Positions 12,504-23,685 of a stretch of DNA of 64,000 bases are shown here, in pieces. The stretch lies in NCBI GenBank assembly GCA_973895155.1, contig OZ316894.1, positions 23,930,709 to 23,994,708 of the forward strand. Reading direction: 5' to 3'. This stretch comes from Marsupella aquatica. Its lineage: Eukaryota > Plantae > Marchantiophyta. Below the pieces are notes generated by a model. It saw only the letters and a program-made list of their open reading frames with translations. It made no database searches and was not told the origin of the DNA. Each line of letters starts with the position of its first letter. Positions within the stretch are counted from its first letter, which is position 1. The position numbers and the translations under genes were made by a program.

Positions 12504-15095
12504 TTACTTTCCAAACAGTCCTGTCTTTGTCCATGTGGGAGTCTTCATCAACTGTCCCGTTGCAATAACGTACTCAACTTGAAGGTTGCGAGCATCCAAC
12601 ACGACTATGTCACCGTCCATACCCACCTTCAACTTTCCTGCACATGTAACCAATATTTACTGTACGATGGGAATAGATCATGCCCATTAACGGTAGCTCA
12701 TCACCTTCCGTATGGGTTTACACTCTTTGGTGGCGTCCCTGGTCATTCTCATGCATTGAAGAATTTTCCTTGGCTACCAGTGCGCACGCAAGAAACAAAG
12801 TCTCAATCAAAATGTGTCAAATGTTCACAAACGGAGCAAACGATACCTTTCTTTTCCAATGAGAGAAATGTTGCTGGGTTGAGAGTGCTCAAAGACAGAG
12901 CTTCTTGGAAAGTCCAGCCTCCATTAAGTACAAGTTGTTGTATGGTGTAGAGGTTTGCTTTAGGTGAGGCAATCCCATACTTGACCAGTTCTCCTTGGGC
13001 ATTGTAGTATGGAAGAGACCCAAATCCATCAGAGGAAAGCGAGATGCGATCCAAGGCAACTGTGCCTTTCTGATGCCAATCTCTCAAAGCAGTAAAGGAG
13101 GCGCTCTCATCTTCCTGATCAGATGTGAGGTCAACATATCCTCCAGCTTGTATCCAAGTTTCAGCAGCCTGAACATGTTATCCGAGGTCCTTGTCAAGGA
13201 TTGTTGAACTAAGGTACATGCACATCAGAATTTCAACTGAAGAAAGCGAAAGCTCGATTGACGAACCTCAATAAGAGCTTGTCCTCTGCTGGATATGTGG
13301 GTTGGAATCATCTGAGTTATGGGAATGGCACCCTTGCTTAAATTGATCACATCCCACAGAGGATCCAATAATGAAGAAGCTGCACCCGTGTGAAAATGTG
13401 CAATTCCTGCTTTTCCAGAGAGCATTCCTCCTACACGAGCATCCGAGACTATTTTTACAAGCTCCTGTGACGACGCTAGAAACACGACACAAATGTCACA
13501 GTTGAGAACTTCGAGCTACCGTAAGAACACTACTCTAAGCGATAAACACTCTTACTAGGTGTATTCGTCCAATTATCACTCTAGATCCTCTTAAAGTTGG
13601 GGTGGTCATCCGTTAGTCCTCTAGATTGGAGCAACAATATACCAAGTTCAGAAATTGGGGTACTACTCAGGGAAACAACAACGAATGTTCCGATTTCATA
13701 TGGGAATTCCAGACACAGAATTGCAGGAGTTGCACTTACAACAGTACTGGGCCAGCTCCCTCTGTGATCACTAATGGCTATCTCCCCAGCGCCAAGCACT
13801 TCTTCTATGAGCTGCATGTCACGAACGAGTGATCCTGTCAATGTTGGTGATGGTACTCGGTAACATCCGCTCCACATGTAAGCTGTAAGTCTTTCCTCTT
13901 TAAGCGCAGCAGCTTTTGTGCGGAGATTTTCTAAGCTGCCAGAAGGAGCAGCACTTTGTCAGGGGTACCAGTCCTTCAAGAAGGTATTGATGAAGAGTCT
14001 GAAGTTCAGGCAACCATCGACATACGCAAGGGACGCCTACTCTCACTATGGTTCCACAAAGTCAAATGATCAACTTCGAGAAGATCTTTTCTTCGCGTGA
14101 TAAGATTTTCACAACTTGACGAAGAGGCTCCGACAAAAATCTGATCGTCTGATCTTGGTTCCAAAAAATATGGCAGCGCAAGAATCTGCTTCAACTGAGC
14201 ACCAAATGTATCATAACTATTCATTGTCGGCCTACTCTCACAATTTAGGGTGAGCAAAATCTAATTCAAACGTTTCTTTTTGAGAGTGCTTTTGTGTATG
14301 ACAAGTACTCTCAACAGAGAGAGAACACTGTGCACTGCAGTAAATGCCCTGAATTACAAAATCATCATAATTGCGATGCAATGTATGATCCGTATGTTCA
14401 TCATTAACCATAAAAACTTAGCAAACTCCAATCCATAACAAAAATGGCAACAATTTCAAGCACAAATGTCAGAAATATCGAGCTGCAGACCTTCTCGAAA
14501 CACAATCCGTTCCCAGCGTGCCTACGACAGTGGTGAGTCCTGCATCCAAGAGCTCGGAGAGGCTGGCTTCAGGGGTTCGAGAGGCGGGACCTGCTTCTCC
14601 CCCTCCACCTGTGATGTGCACATGAATGTCTATGAAGCCCGGCGCCACCAGAGACCCGTTCACATCAATTATTTTCACAGGAAGGCCCAGAAGATTGCTC
14701 CAAGAGAACTCTTCGTCTCTGAAAATTGCTACTATGGATTTCCCGGCTAGCAGAATATGAGCCCTCCCTATGGGCGATGGAGTGTACAGCTCCCCGTTCA
14801 GCAGCAAAATCATGCTGCCAGCCCCTGAAGCCTCACTCTCGAGATATCTCGGTGGTGATTCATGCCTCATTTCTGGGCTCAAATCCTCCAGTTTAGGGGC
14901 ACTGTTTTGCTGCTTACTTGCTGGGAACATGTGATTGCCATCCGTTATCAGAGTTGAGTGCTGATGATTCAATCCTATTTCCTCGTTCGAGAAATCACTC
15001 ACCCACATTCCGCTGACCGTTTCAAAACTGAAGGAGCTCCAACTCAAACATCCGCTGAGAAAACTGAAGACTAGAAATCTCGACAAGTGTGCCAT
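12504..15095 (-). CDS. iadA: Isoaspartyl dipeptidase (beta-aspartyl peptidase, amidohydrolase superfamily, IadA-type), 5 exons, with N-terminal signal-like extension
   Basis: Exons 15095-14491, 13935-13740, 13464-13267, 13168-12847 and 12637-12504, all GT-AG and in frame. Motifs: PGFIDIHVHITGGGGEAGPASRTPE, VVGTLGTD, GCYRVP, GEIAISDHR, RVGGMLSGKAG..HFHTG, PTH, SSDGFGSLP, KGKLKVGMDGDIVVL. These are collinear with E. coli IadA as remembered. Confidence 0.92.
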
Positions 15096-16581
15096 CCTGA
15101 AGAGGAGGCTATGGCAGACTCCTTGCTCCAAAGAGTCTTCCCAGGCCCCTAGTGGACGAGGTTGGGCAAGCGGTGCACGAGATATCGGTACCTCTGCTCG
15201 GAGTTCGCTTCAAAAGGAGGGTCGTCAGAAGAGGCTCAACAAATAGGTCGATAGCTCTTCCTTTCACTTAAAATGTGCTTATCCAACACAAATGGGTCAC
15301 TCTGGAACGATAATTAGTTTGGTGCCCCGGCGAATGACTTAAGCCCCGGCCCAATGCAAGAGGTTCCCTAGTCCCAGACTGCACAGTCTTGTCACCTCTG
15401 CAGTTATCCAATCGTTAGCTGTGATGACGAGGTTTGTTTTCCTGTTGGAATTATTCAGCAGGGTTACCGCTGGAAGAGTGAGCGTGCGCGCGAACTTCGA
15501 TCAGACAATGATATCCGGGGCGGGAGAACAGAAACATAGAACGGAGGGTCGGGCATAAAGCTTACGACTTTGTGGTGAGGCTGACTGAATCCTGCTTCGT
15601 CTGATTTGGGCATCTTTGAAAGTTCCTAGTATAGGAGCGAAGATATGAGAATACCCTTCCTTACCTCGATCTCACACATCAGCCTTTACCAATTGAGCGT
15701 TCATGTCGTCATTTGACCAAGACAGTTTAGTTCACAGAACCGAAAATATGCAAAGGGGTTCAACTTGCTGTAAATTTCTTGATTACAGAACCTGCATCCC
15801 GAACTCCATTTGATCTTATCATATGCATGGACAAACCGTTCTTGTGCAGGTTTGTATTGCTGTGTTGAGAAGTCCGTATAGCTGAGTGCATTTTTCTTTC
15901 AGAACGGTGGACTCATAACTTCTACGACGATTAGAATTGAACTGGAATAATGGAAACCAGCAGGATAGTCCGTCAATGTGTTCGGCTATGATTGCGCTGA
16001 AGGCTATCCATAACAAATAGTGCCAAAAGCTATGAACGACCGTAAAAACGACTAGAAAAATTGAGAGCCTGTTTAATTCTAGGAAATGTACTAGTGAATT
16101 AGAGACTCGTGGAAAAGTTCCAACTAGTGTTGTTGATAACGGTGATATTACTTCCATCTTTGAAAAAAATGATACACATTGGTGACAACTTTCTTTTTCT
16201 TTCACTCAAAGGGCTGAATGGCCACGCTATTCGTGAAAGGGACAGACAGCACAGACAATAAGGGAAAGTTCTTTGTGGCACCAGCAAACTCAGAGCTCGA
16301 TGGGACCTCGCAGAGAAACAAAAAGAGGAAAGGTTTTCGTTCACTTTTCTCCTCGCTACGGTTGCAGAGCGAGATCCTAACCAAACATTTTATATCCCGT
16401 GGTGCTACCAATTTGAAAGCGTAAATGTCTCTTGAAGGAAGGAACTAGAGGCAATTCTCCAAATGAAAATCAATGATTTTACAAAGAGCCGCATCGAAGA
16501 ATGGAATAACCGGTCAAGGCAGCCAGCCGGCGACCAGACATTCTATTCCGAGTGGGAGTCGGTAAAGGACGCCCTGCTTCA

Positions 16582-18855
16582 TTAATGAACGTTACACTGT
16601 TGCAAAAATGGCTGCGAGAAGTCCACATACTTGTCCCAGACAGGCTTGTATCTGGTCATGGCCAGCTTCAACCAGGGCTTCATGTTCCCATTGTAGTGAA
16701 CAACGGCTCCTGTTTCAATCAGCTCGGTATCAACATTTGGGTCGTAACCCAAACCCAACACATGCCAGCTTGGATCTAGTGTGTATGTGAGTCCATAGAA
16801 AGTGAGGAGGCCAGGTGGTAGAGTGCCAAGTTTCCAGAGAGCCCTGTCCACATTCTGCTCCTGCCAGTAATGGTACTTGTTCGTCACATCCTTCACCCTC
16901 CACGCAACAAGGTCAAAAATATTCATCCCAAATGCCCATCCGCATGATTCTGGATCAAAATTGGAACTGATCCGAGGATCAGAGAAATTGAGGTACTTGT
17001 GAAACCGGTGAAAGCTCTCTAAACAAGTCTCCACAGCCGCATTCACGTTGCCCTGAAGATCTAGAGAGAAAAGCTTGCTCAAGTCCTTTTGAACTACTAT
17101 ATCATCGTCCAGGAAGACGACCTTCTTCAGCTTCGGATACACCTCGGGAATATAGAACCGTAGGTGATTTAACATCGACAAATATTTCGGGTTCCGGAAT
17201 TTCAAAGTCGCCTTGGCATCTGCAGAAATAGAAGCGGAACCGGACTTGAAATAGTAGCTCTGAGTTTCTGCATCCTCCAGCTGTTTCATGACTGGCACAT
17301 ATGAGGAATTCAACCACGTGAAGTCGTCGACATTTTGTACTTCCACTGTTGCACCTTGCAAGTCAATTGCAGAGTCGAACCATGTCTGCATGGCTCCATA
17401 GTTCAGGGTGTCTGTGACGAGATGAAAGACCAGCGATTCTGGGTTGTTCGAGTTTTGAATCGAGGAGTTTACGACCACATGAACAGCCAACACATTGTCC
17501 GAGAAAACACAGAAATGGCTCAGACTGTTGTCTGTCAACTTGTCCGAGTTCTTTCGTATCAAACATCTCGCTTGGACTGATGCATTAGTTGTCCAGATCA
17601 TCGTTAGCCGCATTCCAAGGCAGTGCAAGCCTTTCGGAACAGCCTCAGCTGCGAGCTGCCCAAATACAGTGCTCTGAGCTGCAGCAGCATTGGCTCGCTC
17701 CTCCAAAGACTGTATCTGGGCTTTTAACTTCATGATCATCGTCGCACTGTCGTAATGCAGCTCTTTAGCCTGTTGGATCAAGAGGGACAGAGCATGCATC
17801 ACCGGTTCGGCTTCTTTGATTGGAAAGGGTACACCACTCGTTGCTGCCTGTGAGAGCAGCTGCTGACCTAACCGAATCTGTGCACTGAGCTCCCATGCCA
17901 GGCCAAAATTACTGTTTTCCTTTGCCATCACTACATAAGCCTTCGCTAGGGTCATCTGATCTCCAAGCTGTCTAGCCAAATTCTCTGGACTGAGTATGTA
18001 CGATTCCGGTGAGCCTGGTGAGACTTTCTTGACTCGATCCACCTGAAAGTTATTGCAGATCATGCTCTCATCAGTGACAGGTAGTGAACTCTCTGCAGTG
18101 AGCTCCGGGCAGAAATACAGCTACAATTACGATCAGCATAGGTGAATTACGCGTAAGAAAACAACTACCACACATGCCAAATCGCTTCAACATCCATATA
18201 GTAAATTTCTAGACACAAACTTAAGTACATGGAGACAACCAGATTGTGAATTTACATCAAGACAAAGAGACAGAGAATTGCATCAAGATATCAAATGACT
18301 TCATTCCCGGAAGATACCCAGAAACTGAATCGCATCAAGAAAACGAGAAAGTTTACCCCAGCAAGGCATTCAAATGCTACCTTACTTGAAGACATCAAGA
18401 CACTGAATTACATCGAGAACTCCAGGAAATAAGTTACATCAGGATACCACATGAATTCCATCAGGACATCCAGACACTCAAGTACATCCAAAGATGCAGA
18501 TACTTGATTACCTTAGAACAGTTTTAATTCCAACTTTGTATCCAAAGAAGAATACATTAGATTGGGCTAGAAAATTCGTAAGTGAGAATTTGGATTACCC
18601 AATTTGGGATGACTCCAGGGAGCGTGCAGTTTTTATAGTTTTTGGAGACAGATAGGTTGAAGGTGAATGTCGGCGTACCTGGGAAGCTCCATCGGGATCG
18701 CTTCCACGGCCCTGGACTCCCTGCTCAACGGAATGATGTTTGGGGATGTAAAAGACCACGTAAATGAAGCTGGCAACAGCGGCAAAGAGAAACAGATACG
18801 TCCATGAGCAGCGACGCCGGCTGGACCTCCGGCCATCGGCCAGCCTTCGACTCAT
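16582..18855 (-). CDS. GAUT: Galacturonosyltransferase (GT8 family, GAUT10/11-like), 2 coding exons
   Basis: Exon 1 18855-18679 (MSRRLADGRR..., type II TM anchor WTYLFLFAAVASFIYVVFY, donor CAG|GTACGC). Exon 2 18042-16582 (acceptor tttcag|GTG). Motifs PKGLHCL, FSDNVLA, LSMLNHLRFYIPE, VVFLDDD, CGWAFGMN, LWKLGTLPPGL, HYNGNMKPW. Confidence 0.93.
18180..18510. repeat. Diverged minisatellite (~25-bp motif gaattacatcaagaca.ccagacact) in GAUT intron
   Basis: Recurrent acatcaaga / gaatt.catc / agacac motifs at short spacing. Confidence 0.5.
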
Positions 18856-20399
18856 CCGTGGCGAACTGTGCAACTGATGGGCATGAATACTACTGGTGCT
18901 GGTCCTCCACAGCTTCTCGGTCCCTATGTTGGCGTCTTGCCTTGCAATCTTTACTCGGTCTCGCGCTGTGGATCGAACGCATAGACAGTTATGTAACCAG
19001 ACTGCTCATCAATACAGCGTTGGTGAAATTAGCTTCGTCGTCCTCAAGATGACATTTTCGTGCCAACTGCCCACAACTCGAACCGGTACTTTGGCAAAAA
19101 ACCCGATGACATTCTCCAATTCTCAAAACCTTCGTTCGCACCGCCTACGCTCAGAGCAGAAGAAAAGAGACATGAGAGGTCATACTGCATCTCCGTGACC
19201 AGTGGTGAAAAATCCAATTGACTGTACTTCCCTCATCAAAGACCGTTACAGTGTTATTGTGCCAACATTTGCCAGCCAACAAAGAATCAGAACTTTCAGA
19301 TCCGACTGACAGAAAAATGGGAGGATGAGAGGCAAGCTAAGTAGGCGAAGCTCCCATCAGGTTCAATTATCTCCTACGGTTTGAAGTAGAGAAGCTTCTT
19401 CCAGACGGGATTCTGCCGACGAGAATGTTACTACAATTGTGAATAAGACTAATTACCCGGGGAAAGTCCAATCTTTGCGCCAGGAACGGAGTCCATCCGA
19501 CCGAGAGAGGACGCACCTCATTCCGATAGTCAGGAAAACCCGTCCACATTGTCCATACAGTTGCGGCACCAGATTCAGAGGACTGATCTAAACAGTTCTA
19601 AGAAGATGTCGATGATTTAGTCCTGCAGTGATGAGATGTCCCAGACGGAGCGGCATGGCATCAGCAAGTGAGCTAGCCAACAGACAGGAGAGGTAGCTGA
19701 GTTCTTACCTCATTTCGTTTAGAGCTCATTAATTATGTCCATCTATCTGGTCCACATATTAGATTTCTCGGACACCTCAGGTTTGAAAGATTTTCCGTGA
19801 CTGAGCTCCACACAAATACACAAGAAACTGCCTCGTTCTTTCTGCATTTCTTTCTGCGGATGGTAATTGAGAATGCTCAGCTTGTTGCAATGCAGGACTG
19901 GGACCCAAGCTTCTCCGCAGAGTTACGATCTACAGTCACCAACTGGTACCATGACCGGTGACGGATACGTTGTCTAACGTACGCGAATGAAAGAGCACGA
20001 AATTGGTGCATGGACGGGTCCATCGGCCTACAAATCAACCCAGCGCTTCAATGAATTCGTGCTCTGGATCCAGCGACCCCTTGCAACGGGATGAAGAGAG
20101 GGGAGTTCTGGAGTTCAAAATTCGGCGAATAGTTATGCCCACTCCGTTGCATAAATCCGCTATGTTCGGCCATCTCTTAAGTATACGATTCTCGGCGATA
20201 TGTGCAAGCCTCTGACCTAAGGTTCCAGGCCTAAAACACAAAAAGCTTCAGCAACAATTCACTCACTGCGCAGGAGTTGAGGGACACTCACCCTGCGAAG
20301 TACAACATTCCGATCACCGTCTCGCAGAGCTGGACAAAGAGCAGTAACAGGCCAGAGCAGACCAGACCGGCACACCTCACCCTTAGGACTTCCAATTTT

Positions 20400-21160
20400 C
20401 CTTCATTGATGGATCTAGCCCTCCTCCGATCATCAGCCCCCTCACATCTCAGCTCCAACGAGAACTTGCCAGCCAGTAAGCTTGCCCGGACAACACTGAC
20501 CGCCGCACGGACTTCTCAACGCCTGTCTGCCCGAAACGAGAACAATTCTCCGAGATCTAGAGCTCGGACGAGAGGAATTCAGGCAGATCTCGTTAGCCAA
20601 GCCCGGCCGCGAGTGAGAACGAACGACAGATCCGCAGCAATGGACCAAAGAATCTCCCAGCAGCACGCCGCAGCAGTAGCATCTACGATTGCAGGAGGAA
20701 GATGACAAGATGCGCTCTTGTTCCGAACTCCCGATCCGATCCACAGGGGAAGAAGAGGAATGTCAAAATGTGGAAAAGCAAATTGGCCTACTTCGCAAAC
20801 GACAACGGGAGGGAGAAGGAGTCCGACTAAAATCGCAAAAACCGGATTGGAGTCCGCGTAACGACGCCGGAGCTCCTCAGCTCACTCCCGCGCGAACGAG
20901 CGAGAGAGAAGGGACTTCATAATCATTGCGACTGTACAATTCAATGCAGGCAGCAAGAACGAAGGAGCTGCGTGTGCGATTCCTCTGTGCTTCCTTCATT
21001 TCCGTGCGCAGCATGTAGCGGAGTGGGGAGGAGTTATGATTGGCGACGGGATCTGCGACCTTGGAGCACGGCGCCCTGACGAGCATCATAAGACGAGGAA
21101 ATCGCGCTCGCTCTACTACTACAGGACTACCCTACCTTTTTCTTCCATTCTCTCCTCGAG
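20400..21160 (-). repeat. Dispersed duplicated segment, copy A (putative promoter/5'UTR first exon of GAUT)
   Basis: Collinear with 25305-25970. Shared blocks include ccctcacatctcagctccaacgagaac, gcctgtctgcccga, agatctagagc, gcaggaggaagatgacaa, gatccgatcca, ggaaaagcaaat and gacgccggagctcctc.gctcactcccgcg. A minus-strand donor AAGG|GTGAG lies at ~20380. Confidence 0.85.
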
Positions 21161-21355
21161 AAAGAGTTTGGGGCGAGGGATCCTCGAAAGCACATTTCGG
21201 AGTGGAGTCGAAACCATGAAATTGATTGCTCTCACATGGAAGTAGCGCGTGAACCATGTGGCCCGTGACACACTTTACACTCATTGACACACTTCTAGTG
21301 TAGTTTCCACGACACTTTGTGACACATTTTATGCTTACTCATTGACACACTTCTA

Positions 21356-21521
21356 GAGAGATTTGTTTGGTGGGACCCCAAATGAAAATGTTTTACTTGA
21401 TAGGTTACTTGAAGATTTGGGTAGGTCTATTCAAGGTAAATAAACAAATCAACGATCTGAATCACTCAGGGTCCTATCAAGTAAAATATTTACATTTGGG
21501 GTCCCACCAAGAAAATCCCTC
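21356..21521. mobile_element. Mutator-like (MULE) MITE, 166 bp, 10-bp TSD
   Basis: ~49-bp TIRs (gagagatttgtttggtgggaccccaaatgaaaatgttttacttgatagg / cctatcaagtaaaatatttacatttggggtcccaccaagaaaatccctc). Perfect TSD CACACTTCTA at 21346-21355 and 21522-21531. Confidence 0.88.
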
Positions 21522-21550
21522 CACACTTCTAGTGTAGTTTCCAAGAGTTT

Positions 21551-21801
21551 TTTAAACCACACCTGCCACTATAAAAGCCTCATTGAGCCTCATTCCATGT
21601 CTCACTACTCACCATAAAAGGTGGAACACTAATACTTTTGTGGAATACTTGCGCAAAAAAGGTTTTGCTAACATATTTGCCCAAAAAGGGTTTACACTCA
21701 GCACCTTTTGTGGAGCTCAAAATCCATTCTTGAACCTGTGCTCTTTACAATGAGAGCTACGGGTTATCCGTAGCCTTTTATAGGGGCAGGTGTGGTTTAA
21801 A
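21551..21801. mobile_element. MITE-like element, ~250 bp
   Basis: ~29-bp inverted termini: tttaaaccacacctgccactataaaagcct ... agccttttataggggcaggtgtggtttaaa. TSD and superfamily unresolved. Confidence 0.65.
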
Positions 21802-22408
21802 CTAGTGTTAGACCTTCAATAGGGCATCTCAAACCTCTCCGCTATGCCGGAGTGTCAAACTTCTCCCTTATGCCTCGGTCACGGTCAAGGTTGTTTTACT
21901 GGAATTAAAGTGACGGACACAACAGAAAAACATGTGGGCACACTTCTGATTGCAGACCTAAACTGGTACTTCTGAGCCAGGATGTTTTTGCTGACCTAAA
22001 GGATTCAGATGCCCTAATATCTCCATTGACATTTAAAAGAATCAACTCTTGTGGAGAAAATTGAAAAGGGCTTGCAAAGATCTTTCCAACACCACTATCA
22101 TTTCTAGTTTTAGTGATGAATTGAGAGGTTTATGAATTTCTAAAGATTATAGGATCACTCACTGTCCACTCTTTCGGTATGATCCTTGGATATACAATGG
22201 GATGTTATTTCTCCACACTCTGGGCATTCCTAGATATACAATGAACTCTTATTTTTGCAGTTTAGTAGAGAGTGCTTGGAAAGATCTACTCTACTTAATC
22301 ATATAGTCAAATTTCATTCTGATAATTGAGGAGAAATATACTTAGTGCACACCCGTTTTAATTAAGGAAAAGAAAAAAGCACAATCCCATAGAACTGCAC
22401 TTACTGAC

Positions 22409-22640
22409 AAATGCATACAAATCTTAATTCAGGGCAGGGTTGTACTCTTGGTGTTGAGAGCAAGATTCCGAGTTGGCACTGAATAGATTTGTATGCATTT
22501 GGGTACCGAATTCAGGGCAGGGGTGTATTCTTGGTGCTGAGAGCAAGATTCCGAGTTGGCACTGAAATTAGGGCACTGATGGAGTTGGGCACTGATTTAG
22601 GGCATGGGTGTACAATTTGTGTTGAGAACAAGATTGCTGA
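22409..22640. repeat. Direct repeats (~56-bp core, 2 good copies plus 1 diverged) with a 16-bp inverted repeat around copy 1
   Basis: ttcagggcaggg.tgta.tcttggtg.tgagagcaagattccgagttggcactgaa at 22428 and 22511. aaatgcatacaaatct (22409-22424) pairs with agatttgtatgcattt (22485-22500). Confidence 0.8.
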
Positions 22641-23685
22641 CTGATAGGGGGCCCTTTGGATAAATGCACACTGTTGTCCTTCTGTAATAAACTTGGTTTT
22701 CAAGGGTTCTTTGTGTCATCTGGGTATACTGTAACATTTACAATGTGCGTGTGATGTTTTAGAGTCCCTATTGTTATTCATTCACTTTGTGGTGCTCAAT
22801 TTGCCAACAAAGCAAGGTCTCAATTCCCTGTCGACCAGAATAACTACTCCATAAATTCTATCAGGAAGGAAGGTTAACGGCATGCAAACATTTTTGGAAG
22901 CCCTTGTTATTCTCATAATCTGTTTATACACATCATCTGTTGCTGGGAAATAACCTTTTTCCGGATAGAAATTATGCATTAGTATGCATGTCTGGGCACG
23001 GGTTCTAGCCTCCAAGAAAGCTCCGAAAACCTTCCAGGCTATGGCCAGGTTTTCTTCACTTTCTGTCTTCTGGTCACAGGCTAGTAACCCCAAACCTTAC
23101 CTCCATTATCCTGCAAGTAATAGCATGTGGAGACTAGCATGTGGAGATGAAGTTTGGCAGGACTAGGAAATTCTTTTTGGCTCCCAAATCAGCGGTCGCC
23201 TCCACGTTGTGCACACCTGAAATAGCGGATCCAGGCTCCCGGTGCAAAAGCAGAAAATCGGGCCGACTTGAATACTCACCAGTTTTACCAGCACCAGGCT
23301 GTTACAAGCCGCCAGTCCGAATACTTTAAGGACTCAAATAAATGGATGGAAGCCATATCAGTCGAATGGATCCAATCGCAGCAGCAAGACGTTTAAAAAA
23401 CACTCGGACTCCATGGACGGGTTTAAAACTCTGGAAACAAGACCAATCAGGAAGAGAGTCACCAGTTACAAGTATAGACAGAGGATCTGATCTTTAAATA
23501 TTTATTCGACAAAACGACCAGATGAAGACTCACTTGCGAAGGAGATAGAAAGAATTAGAAAAGATGATCCCAATTAGAACGGACCAAATGAATTGTGTGC
23601 ATAAATATTGAACCTCCTCACCCAATTTCTGTCCACGTTCAACGCCTGTCCTGTGAATTTATGTCCTGTGAATATATCACAGCTG

